Below, one piece after another: positions 30,301-37,940 of a stretch of 64,000 nucleotides of DNA. The DNA lies in the IMG/VR virus record IMGVR_UViG_3300044736_000016, positions 45,769 through 109,768 of that record; one strand, written 5' to 3'. The notes beneath the pieces were generated by a model that had not been told where the DNA came from, did not search any database, and saw only the letters and a program-made list of their open reading frames with translations. The stretch is from a virus. Numbering within the stretch: the stretch's first letter is position 1; each line of letters begins with the position of its first letter. The position numbers and the translations under genes were made by a program.

Positions 30301-30776
30301 GTGTCGGCGGGATCGGTGGTGCCTCGACGGGAGCCGCTGGTGCAGCGGGTGCAAACACCAACGCAGCGGCGCAGAACCTCCTCAACGCCCGCACGGTCCA
30401 CACGGCGACGACAGGCTGCGCCATGGGGTCGTTCGGCGCCTTCCAGAAGGTGCTGTACGTCCAGCCCGGTCAGGGCGGCGGCGGCGGCGGCGGTGGCGCG
30501 GCGGTCGGTGGTGGTGGTGGCGCTGGAGGCGGCATCGTCCTGCTCGCCTTCGCGACCATCAACTTCCTCGGACCCATCCTCGCGAACGGCGGCAACGGCG
30601 GCAACAGCACGGGTGGGGCGGGCGGCGGCGGCGGCGGCGGCGGGGCGATCTACCTCACCTGCGCCAACCTAGGACTGCTTGGCCCGGTTGCAGCAGCAGG
30701 CGGGTTCCCCGGCACGGGCACGGCCGGCGCACCGGCCTCGGGTGGCGCAGGCAGCGTCATCATCACCCGCGTGTAG
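27330..30776 (+). CDS. Fibre/spike protein with split SGNH esterase and Gly-rich C-terminus
   Basis: FIGDSI ... IEFG..D ... DTIHPN; poly-Gly repeats; FGDGSDG motif. Confidence 0.8.
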   Translation: MITLAATNTIQGSAGTTTAVTYTITGMTLSSAQAETYAVLSQGQLATSAAAIYTVPASTSALVKEILLANVTAAAVSVKLYINGTTAANQITSLNIPANGEAKFDHTGWAVYDGNGSLQVTPVYITAAAGSVPEASVANLGMDLTVLTAAIADNGVDSGCAVTWVSGLNVAIATGIVRIGGGRYNIAAVASQALNTADPNYARWDMITANTSSAVVYTAGTAAAYPVVPAIPANSVVLAIIPVYAGNNPALSGAAIVDKRIILPTTNLNLPPVFDPSGGLKTWRAAVANKENKPADILFIGDSIHEGYYSSDDAHRYASLVRRRLQNYYNPTHIPGGEGFIPGTHVQGSGAGNGYIALAQRWTVVGPSLPPTDLGYGLGRRSVPLTAATHTATIGGLLADRFWIYYTATTTSGWIGIAIDGKLTTVATQGVLSGTGTGTFTTTLATGWPGGTFTLTVDDEDMTVTANGATITITARGANATTAVTHAVGATAQWAPAGVKRANTLGAAIKGGRMWDSGALTRGIHSVTVVPINRAGGGSTYNVNLDGVMVFDGDGGPGPGTFTDGVLVGTTTTGVQTLPISTINVTSTTNFPASGQVNIVTSSGAQTVTYAGVTANTLTGCSNGVGNTSAGGAVTSQTFQSATAAFTAADVGQYIYAVGIPVHTTITAVVSATQITLLQPGTATSSGITFEINGRSAGVRMWDGAHSTMTSAGMAGPAGAINGWWADALDTVDPDLVVIEFGIVDLILSVTGATYYANLTSMVSLIKSKCPGNPSICFFVAWQPGDYTAAQWGVFTNAMYLVAQQQGCAVFDFSLRVSAAAASGAGAVMFTDTIHPNDAGAQDIALEFTKYLVGHELVQPIKSPWFGDGSDGAVVFDGTTTILGMAPASSVYTLTRDLFLTNMTVNNGVTIKTASFRIYGTGTLMTPIQAVASTGIIDCSGGNAAGQTAGAATANQSLSGSVGGGAGGAIGGAGVAGGTLTAAGTGPLMGGVGGIGGASTGAAGAAGANTNAAAQNLLNARTVHTATTGCAMGSFGAFQKVLYVQPGQGGGGGGGGAAVGGGGGAGGGIVLLAFATINFLGPILANGGNGGNSTGGAGGGGGGGGAIYLTCANLGLLGPVAAAGGFPGTGTAGAPASGGAGSVIITRV

Positions 30777-30779
30777 CCC

Positions 30780-33542
30780 ATGAGCTTCGGCGGGGATCGC
30801 TACGGCGTCGTCCGCTACGCGGGGCAGTCCACAACGGGTGTGGTCCTGCCAGTCACGTCGGCGGGTGCGTCCTCGAGCACGGGCACCGCCACCCTGACGC
30901 TCGTCATGCCCGTCTCGGCGATCGGTGCATCTGCATCTACTGGCACAGCGACAGCAGCGGTCACGTACGGGATCACGGCGTCCGGTTCTTCCTCGGCCAC
31001 CGGGGCGGCGACCGCGGCGCTGATCATGCCGGTTGCGGCCACCGGATCGGCTGCGAGTTCGGGCACGGGTTCGGTCGCGCAGGTTATGGCGGTCGCTGCG
31101 ACCGGCGCATCGGTGGCCTCGGGGACAGGCGCGTCGGCCCTGACCATGCTGGTCTCGGCCTCGGGAGCGAGTACGGCGGTCGGAACCGTCAGCGGCGCTC
31201 TGGTCTTGGCAACTACGGCGACGGGCGGGAGCGCTACTGCTGGCGCTGCATCCGTGGGTCTCTCGCAGCCCGTGCCGGCCGTCGGGGCAGCGGTCAGCAC
31301 TGGGGTCGGGTCAGCCGCTCTCGTCATGCCGATCGCCGGGACCGGTGGTTCGGTAGCTGGCGGTGCCGCGGCCGTTGCGCTGTCGATGGCGGTCACGTCC
31401 TCTGGCCAATCTGCCGCATCCGGTTCGGCCGCTGTGGTCGCGACGCTCGCCGTGAGCGCCGCCGGGGCGTGTACGGCTGGTGGCACGACCGTGATCACGC
31501 TGCGTCAGCCGGCCTCCGGGTCAGGGGCCGCGGTGAGTTCTGGCGCCTCTGCGGTCGTACTAGCGATGCTGGTCGGTGCAACGGGGAGTGCGGCGACCTC
31601 TGGCACATCAGCGGTCAGCCTGTCGTTGGCGGTTCTGGCTTCCGGTGCTGCTGCGGCCTCTGGCGGCGCTGTGGCGGTCCTGCTTCTCGCCGTGAGCACC
31701 GCGGGTACTGCGTCGTCGGCAGGGACGTCGACGGTGACGCTCGGCATGCCCGTCTCGACTGTGGGCGTGTCAGCCTCGGTGGGTGGTGCGGCGGTCGTAC
31801 TGCTCATGCCGGTCTCAGCGGTGGCGGCATCGACATCAACCGGCGCGGCGACCGTCAGCCTCCGCGCACCGATCACGGCTGTCGGGCTGGCCACATCAGC
31901 AGGGGGCGCCGCGGCCGTCCTGGTCATGCCAACGTCGGGAGTGGGAACCACGGTCGCGGCGGGGACGGCGACCGTGGGGCTGCTGCTGCTGATCTCCGCG
32001 TCTGGCGTGTCGGTGAGCATCGGTACGTCATCCGTCCTGCTCGTCCAGCCGATCTCCACCACGGGCTCAGCAGTGGTGTCCGGCGCGGCGGCGGTGATCC
32101 TCGTCATGCCTGCTGCTGCGCTCGGAACGTCCTCTGCGGCGGGTTCCGCGTCCCTTGCGGTGGTTGTCGTCGTGTCCACGGCGGGGTCGGCGTTGGCTGC
32201 GGGCGCGGCGAGTGTGGCTCTGCGTATCCCGGTCACCGCATCAGGGTCGGCGGTGTGTTCGGGCGTCTCGTCTGCCGTTCTGAGCCTGCCGACCATCGCT
32301 GCGGGCGGTTCTGCCGCGGGCGGAACGGCTGCGGTCATCCTGCGCGTGTCGACCACCGGTTCGGGTGCAGCGGCGGCGTCCGGTGGGGCTGTCGTCGTAC
32401 TGACCCTCGCCATCACCGCGTCAGGAACGACCGTGGCCACTGGTGGAGCGGCGGCGGTGGTCGTTCTGCCGGTGACCGCGGCCGGCGCGTCTACGTCGGC
32501 AGGGACGGGCTCTGTCCTGTCCGGCGTCCCCATCAACGCGGTCGGGACGTCGCTCGGTGCCGGGGTGGCCTCTGTGGCGCTGCGGCTGGCATCCTCTGGG
32601 GTAGGCGCATCGGTCGCCGCGGGCTCGGCTAGCGTCGTCTTGATCCTCGCCCTTGGCGCTACCGGCGTGAGCGTCGCGGCAGGGACGGCGGACGTCAACA
32701 CTGGCGCGCTCCGGGCCGCAGGGACAGCCTCGTCCTCGGGGACGGCGGTCGCCGCCCTCCTGCTGGTGGTCGCTGGCGTCGGGGCCGGGGTGTCGTCGGG
32801 ATCTGGCGCCATCGGTCTGACCATGCTGTCTGGAGCCTCTGGTGCGGCGGCCAGCTCCGGGAACGCTGCGGTGTGGCTGAGCCTTGCAGTAGTCGGTGCA
32901 GGAGCGTCGGCCTCGAGCGGCACAGCGGCGATCGTCGTACTCACGCCTCTGCGCGTGTCGGCTGCCGGGGTCGCTACATCGGCGGGATCGGCGCTGGTTG
33001 GCCTGACGCTCCCCTCGGCCGCAGTGGGTGGTTCGCTGGCGTCTGGCTTCGCTCTGGCAGGCATCCCTGCGCTGGTGGCAGGAGTCGGCGCATCGACGAT
33101 TGCTGGCGCTGCGACGGTCGTGGTGTGGCTCGGCATCGGCTCTGCGGGGGCGTCAGCAGGCAGCGGTGCTGCGTCGGTCCGTCTGTCTGTGGCGATCGTC
33201 GGTGTGGGTGCGGCAGTCTCCGCTGGAGGCGCGACAGTCGAACTCGGTGGTGGCCTGGTCGGCGTCGGCATCGCTATCAGCATCGGGTCCGCGACGCTAG
33301 TCCTCGTCTACCCCGTCATCCGGCACCTCGCCATGGGGATCAGCCTCACACCCGTCGCTACGGGGGCTGGGGTCAGCGGAGGAGCGCGTGGCGGGATGGC
33401 TGCTGCGGGGTCGGTCGGGATGGCGCGAAGCGGTGATGTTCGGGGCCTGACGGTCAGCGCTGGCGTTACGGGCTCGGCTCGAGGCGGTGACGCGGCAGGA
33501 GTGGTCAAGACGCCCGCCGTGGCAGGCTCGGTGCTGCCATGA
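30780..33542 (+). CDS. Large 20-aa-repeat Ala/Ser/Gly/Val/Thr appendage protein
   Basis: About 40 tandem degenerate 20-aa units; FGGDRYG..RY N-terminus. Confidence 0.7.
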   Translation: MSFGGDRYGVVRYAGQSTTGVVLPVTSAGASSSTGTATLTLVMPVSAIGASASTGTATAAVTYGITASGSSSATGAATAALIMPVAATGSAASSGTGSVAQVMAVAATGASVASGTGASALTMLVSASGASTAVGTVSGALVLATTATGGSATAGAASVGLSQPVPAVGAAVSTGVGSAALVMPIAGTGGSVAGGAAAVALSMAVTSSGQSAASGSAAVVATLAVSAAGACTAGGTTVITLRQPASGSGAAVSSGASAVVLAMLVGATGSAATSGTSAVSLSLAVLASGAAAASGGAVAVLLLAVSTAGTASSAGTSTVTLGMPVSTVGVSASVGGAAVVLLMPVSAVAASTSTGAATVSLRAPITAVGLATSAGGAAAVLVMPTSGVGTTVAAGTATVGLLLLISASGVSVSIGTSSVLLVQPISTTGSAVVSGAAAVILVMPAAALGTSSAAGSASLAVVVVVSTAGSALAAGAASVALRIPVTASGSAVCSGVSSAVLSLPTIAAGGSAAGGTAAVILRVSTTGSGAAAASGGAVVVLTLAITASGTTVATGGAAAVVVLPVTAAGASTSAGTGSVLSGVPINAVGTSLGAGVASVALRLASSGVGASVAAGSASVVLILALGATGVSVAAGTADVNTGALRAAGTASSSGTAVAALLLVVAGVGAGVSSGSGAIGLTMLSGASGAAASSGNAAVWLSLAVVGAGASASSGTAAIVVLTPLRVSAAGVATSAGSALVGLTLPSAAVGGSLASGFALAGIPALVAGVGASTIAGAATVVVWLGIGSAGASAGSGAASVRLSVAIVGVGAAVSAGGATVELGGGLVGVGIAISIGSATLVLVYPVIRHLAMGISLTPVATGAGVSGGARGGMAAAGSVGMARSGDVRGLTVSAGVTGSARGGDAAGVVKTPAVAGSVLP

Positions 33543-33569
33543 TGACGACGTGCGGCGTGGGCTGATCCT

Positions 33570-34451
33570 GTGTCGTTTTTGCTCGGCAAGGCCGCAGTTT
33601 TGCAGAGCGTTTTCAAAGACCTCGTAACCGGCCTGCCCAACGATCCTCCCGGCGTCGCCTTCTCTCTGGTCGATCCGCTTGGCGTGGTCACTGCCGCGAC
33701 GTGGGTCGGACCTGCGCCGGGTACGTTCGCTGGTGCATCTGGCCTCTCACGACTGTCGGCCGGTGCGTTCCAGTTCGTCACCATCCCCAGTTACGCGGGA
33801 TCCCCGTGGCGATGGTCGTTCCTCTCCACCGGAACCGCAACGCCCACAGAGTACGCGGCGTCGTTCTCGGTCATCAGCACCGCCTCATACCCCTACCCGT
33901 ACGGCTACTGCGACTTCGCCGACGTGCGCAACCGGATTGTCGGTGGAACATGGGACGAGACCGTCGCGGACAGTTCGATCATCCAGACACAGGTAGCGGC
34001 GTTCATCGAGGAGAGCACCGCCGAGATCGACATGTCGCTGGCCAAGCGGGGATACTCGGTCCCGCTCGTCCCCCAAGTCAACATGCAGATCAGCGCGACC
34101 GTCTGGAACCATCTGCGTGGGATCTGCGGCATGCTTGCTGCTGGTAGGGTGGAGCTCGCCCGCCACGGGTCGGGTGAAGCCGAGGTGGACAACGTCGGCA
34201 AGTCGCTCATCGCCATCGCTCGTGCGCAGTTGCAACGTATCGAGACCGGCGCCGACAACCTGACCATCTTCGGCGTAGCCGGACTGTCCGAGCCGCAGGT
34301 GGATTCGGGCGCAGGGATGTCCGAGGGGACGCTGGTCGGACTGAACGGCAACGCCTACCCGCCGCTGTTCACGATCAGCGGCGATGTGCCCACGGTCGGC
34401 GTCCCCATCCCGGGCGGTGGGATTCCGTCAGGTGGCGTACAGCCGTGGTGA
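33570..34451 (+). CDS. Head-tail adaptor (Mu gp36-like C-domain) fused to an Ig-like N-domain
   Basis: YC...DV...I....AEID..L..RGY.VPL. Confidence 0.7.
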   Translation: MSFLLGKAAVLQSVFKDLVTGLPNDPPGVAFSLVDPLGVVTAATWVGPAPGTFAGASGLSRLSAGAFQFVTIPSYAGSPWRWSFLSTGTATPTEYAASFSVISTASYPYPYGYCDFADVRNRIVGGTWDETVADSSIIQTQVAAFIEESTAEIDMSLAKRGYSVPLVPQVNMQISATVWNHLRGICGMLAAGRVELARHGSGEAEVDNVGKSLIAIARAQLQRIETGADNLTIFGVAGLSEPQVDSGAGMSEGTLVGLNGNAYPPLFTISGDVPTVGVPIPGGGIPSGGVQPW

Positions 34452-34969
34452 TGCCGCCGCCGGTTATCTCTGTCACCATCGTCGGTGCCCGCGAACTGTC
34501 TGGCCGATTCGCCACGATGCGGGACACTGGGTTGCAAGCCATCCTCACCGAGCGTGCCGACGCCATGGGGCAGGCCATCGTGCACATCTACGCCAACCAC
34601 GCTCCCAGATCCCCCGAGGGCGCCACCGCTCCCGCAGACGCCCGCACGCATTCCGCTCACTTCGCGGACAGTTTTTTCGCCACCACCACGGCACGGGCAG
34701 AGGGGTTCGAGGTCATGGTGGACACGTCCGAGCCTGACATCGAGGAGTTCATCCGCTTCGGCCACGGGGACATCTACCCGGTCAACGCCAACGTGCTGCG
34801 GTGGATCGACTACGCCTCGGGGAAGCCGGTTTACGCCATGCACGTCGGGCCGGTGGCGCCGAACCACTGGCAGGAGGAGGCGCAGGCCGAGGTGGATGCT
34901 GTGGTGGCGTTCGAGGGGCCGCGGATCGGCGTGGCGGTGTCGACGGCGCTCGGCGGGAAGTTGTGGTGA
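34445..34969 (+). CDS. Neck/tail completion protein
   Basis: FG...IYP.....LRW......Y...V....PN; position. Confidence 0.6.
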   Translation: MVMPPPVISVTIVGARELSGRFATMRDTGLQAILTERADAMGQAIVHIYANHAPRSPEGATAPADARTHSAHFADSFFATTTARAEGFEVMVDTSEPDIEEFIRFGHGDIYPVNANVLRWIDYASGKPVYAMHVGPVAPNHWQEEAQAEVDAVVAFEGPRIGVAVSTALGGKLW

Positions 34970-35088
34970 GGATGCCTGCTATGATCCCCCCTGCGGGTGC
35001 GGCGGCCTCCACCTCAGACGTGGTTGCCGGGGGACGCCTTGGGTTCGCTCGCCGAGCAACACCCGCAACACACACCGACGGGGTGTAG

Positions 35089-35673
35089 GTGGACGCTGGG
35101 TCTGCGACGCTCGATCAGGTGCTCAGCATGCTGAGCAGTGTCGCCATGAGCCAGAGCATGCAGGCTGAGATCGCGGCCTATCGTGCCACCCTGAGCGTAC
35201 CCGTAGCCTTCACCCTCGACGACGCCCACGGAGGGACGGAGACGGTCACGGTGGACGACACCCCCGCCGCAGCGTGGCTCCCGACCGCCTTGGCCCACGC
35301 CGAGACCGCTTTGAGCGTCAAACTACTCGCGCCCCTCCCAGCGATGATGGTCAGCCCAGATCCCGGCGGATTCCTCATGGCCGATGGTGGCGGGGAGTTC
35401 CGGCACGTCGGATACCGCGGATACCTCTACCACGTGAACTGTGCTGTCTTCGCCACCTCGGACTTCTCCGACATCGCCCAGCGTCAGGCCCGCATGCTCG
35501 TCCACTGTTTCGACAGCCTCGTGTGGAGAACTCATGAGGCCAGAGGATTCGGTAGTCTGGTGGCTAGTATCGAGGCTGACGGGCCGGTGGAGGAGAGCGG
35601 CGTGCGACCCTACAGGGGAGGCGGGCTGATCGCCGGGGCGAGGGTTCGGTACAGCGTGCGGACTATCGTGTGA
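35089..35673 (+). CDS. Putative tail terminator
   Basis: Position and size; PA..V.P motif. Confidence 0.5.
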   Translation: MDAGSATLDQVLSMLSSVAMSQSMQAEIAAYRATLSVPVAFTLDDAHGGTETVTVDDTPAAAWLPTALAHAETALSVKLLAPLPAMMVSPDPGGFLMADGGGEFRHVGYRGYLYHVNCAVFATSDFSDIAQRQARMLVHCFDSLVWRTHEARGFGSLVASIEADGPVEESGVRPYRGGGLIAGARVRYSVRTIV

Positions 35674-36569
35674 CCCAAGACTGGGACGACCTCGCCACCT
35701 CGACGCGGACCCGCGTGGTCCCCAGTATCCAGAAGGATCCGGCCGAGGACGATCCCGGACGACGACCGCGCATCCTCATCTCTACGCCCATCGTGGACTT
35801 CAAGCTCTACGCGCTGGACGAGTGGGTCGGGAGTATCCGCGATCAGGTGTGCGACATCGACTGGGATCTCACGCTCATCGACAACACCGACAGACCACGG
35901 CCCGGATACCTCGATTGGCTGACCGGCTTCGTGCGCTCCAAGCCGTTCGGCAGGGGACATAGGGTTCGGCTGATCCGCTTCGGCGAGAGTGTGGACGGCG
36001 AGCGGTACAAGCATCCGCACATGAAGATCACCAAGGCGCACCAGATGGGATGGGAGTGTGTCTCCGCGCGTGCGCATGCTCGCCGCCCTCGGGATCGCTA
36101 TGACGCGTGGTTGGCGTGGGAGTGCGACGTGCTCGCTCCCACGGACGCTGTACAGACGCTCTGGGACAGCGGGTACCCGTGGGCCGCGGCGTGGATGCTA
36201 TCTCGCAAGATGGCCGACCAGCGCGGTGGACTGCACGTCACCGAACTCCCCCTGCTCTGGCACAGCCTGACGCCCGAGACGTGGCGTGCAGCCCGAGGCT
36301 GGGATGACGTGATTCCCCTCGGGTACAAATCCCCCCCTGATGGCGTGACCCCATTCCCCTGCACTGTCACCCACCTCGGCCTGACCATGGTACGCAGTGA
36401 TGTGGTGCAGCGTGTTCCGTTCCAACTGACCACTGCCGGTGCAGATTGCAGTCAGTCGTGGGCAGTCACCGAGGGTGGATATCAGCCGATGTGTGTGCCG
36501 TCGATCCGCTGTGTACACCGCTGCGATTGGGAGGCGACGGCGTGGGGCAGACGTCCTAGCGCCTCCTAA
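35670..36569 (+). CDS. Glycosyltransferase GT-A-like within tail module
   Basis: ILISTP, LIDN, WECDV (DxD-like), LGLTMV, D. Confidence 0.65.
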   Translation: MTQDWDDLATSTRTRVVPSIQKDPAEDDPGRRPRILISTPIVDFKLYALDEWVGSIRDQVCDIDWDLTLIDNTDRPRPGYLDWLTGFVRSKPFGRGHRVRLIRFGESVDGERYKHPHMKITKAHQMGWECVSARAHARRPRDRYDAWLAWECDVLAPTDAVQTLWDSGYPWAAAWMLSRKMADQRGGLHVTELPLLWHSLTPETWRAARGWDDVIPLGYKSPPDGVTPFPCTVTHLGLTMVRSDVVQRVPFQLTTAGADCSQSWAVTEGGYQPMCVPSIRCVHRCDWEATAWGRRPSAS

Positions 36570-36640
36570 CGACGGGGCAACTCCTCTCGCCTGCGAGCGT
36601 GGCCGAGACATCTCGCCACTGACCCGGAGGCCCATCTTTC

Positions 36641-37195
36641 GTGCCGAACACCATCGTCACCAAGCGGTTCGAGCTCGGCGCGTTGGATTCGATGATCCTT
36701 TTCAATACCATAGACCTCGGTGCCACGAAGGAGGGCGGCGCCAAGATCACCTACACCAAGACCTACTACCCGTTCGAGATCGACCAGAGCCTCACTGCCC
36801 CCGACGTCGTGGCCACGAAGGAAGCCGCAGTCATGGCGCTGGGCGGCATCGTCCAGTACCAGATGAACCTGATCGCCGCAGCCTTCGCCGTCTCGCAGAC
36901 CGGTGTGGGGACGGTGAGCGGCACGCCGAACCTCGACTACCTGTACGTGGGTGGCGACCAGACCGTGCCGATCGGCACCTTCGACTTCTCGGGACTGCGG
37001 CGTGGCGGTGGAGGCCTGCGTCTGCGCGGGCAGTTGTTCGCCGTCTACTCTGCTAAGCCGTGCGCGATCCCCTTTACGCGCAACGCCCCGACCGAACTGA
37101 CCGGCGTGGAGTTCGAGTGCCTCGCCGACATGACCCGCCCGGTCGGACAACGACTCTTCGTACTGGGACGCGACAACACCATCGCTCAGCCATAG
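36641..37195 (+). CDS. Major tail tube protein
   Basis: DLGATKEGG..ITY....EIDQ; FECLAD. Confidence 0.75.
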   Translation: MPNTIVTKRFELGALDSMILFNTIDLGATKEGGAKITYTKTYYPFEIDQSLTAPDVVATKEAAVMALGGIVQYQMNLIAAAFAVSQTGVGTVSGTPNLDYLYVGGDQTVPIGTFDFSGLRRGGGGLRLRGQLFAVYSAKPCAIPFTRNAPTELTGVEFECLADMTRPVGQRLFVLGRDNTIAQP

Positions 37196-37225
37196 TCCCA
37201 CCGTCAGGCGCAGAGGAGACCCGCC

Positions 37226-37807
37226 TTGACAACCGCGAACGACCACATTGCCGCCGTCGCAGAACAGACCCTCGAGCGGCTGAGCGGCACACCCGTCAAC
37301 GTCGAGTGTCGCGATGGGACCACCGTCACCATCCACGTCGGCAAGCTGTACATCGACCAGCTCATCGCGCTGAGCCAGTTCGCCCGCCGTGCATGGGCAG
37401 CCTTCGCAGCCACGGGTGGCGACGGTGTGATGGCCGAGATGAAGGCCGCGGCCGTGAGTACCGTTCTGGACAGCGGGCAGACCGACGAGGAGAAGGCCGA
37501 AGCCAAGGTCAAGGCCAAGGCGGCGCTGGACAAGGCACTTGTGAACATCAGCGCCAGCCGGGTCATCGAGGCATTCCTCTCCATGCTCACGGTCGAGGAG
37601 GTGGGGACGCTGATGGGCGTGCTCTGCGATCGGCCTGGTCCATGGTGTGAGCGCAACCTCGGCATCGAGGACATCGCCAACGTGTGCGCTGCGGTCGTGG
37701 AGCACAACGACCCGGCGGTGATCTGGGCGGGTTTTCACCGGGCCGCGCGGGGCCTGAGAATCTCGCTGGGGAAGTCGGCCGCGCCATCGACAGCGCCCTC
37801 GTCGTGA
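37226..37807 (+). CDS. Tail assembly chaperone (short form)
   Basis: Between tube and TMP; slippery site near the 3' end. Confidence 0.7.
   Translation: MTTANDHIAAVAEQTLERLSGTPVNVECRDGTTVTIHVGKLYIDQLIALSQFARRAWAAFAATGGDGVMAEMKAAAVSTVLDSGQTDEEKAEAKVKAKAALDKALVNISASRVIEAFLSMLTVEEVGTLMGVLCDRPGPWCERNLGIEDIANVCAAVVEHNDPAVIWAGFHRAARGLRISLGKSAAPSTAPSS
37729..37735 (+). other. Programmed -1 frameshift site G GGT TTT (long TAC ends at 37953)
   Basis: X XXY YYZ heptamer in frame; -1 frame open to 37953; GC-rich stem downstream. Confidence 0.7.
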
Positions 37808-37940
37808 TCGGAAGGGTGGGTATCACGGAGCGCGAGGTGCGGCGCCACTCCATCGACTGGCTGCGAACGGTCGTCAGGGAATGCGCAGGCGTTGGAGAGC
37901 GCGACGCAGACGATCCCTTTGACGACCCGACACTGGAGTC

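Noticed and set aside
23894-33283. Long minus-strand ORFs (396 aa, 592 aa and others) opposite the repeat proteins
   Set aside because: In-register antisense shadows of GC-rich genes with no independent motifs
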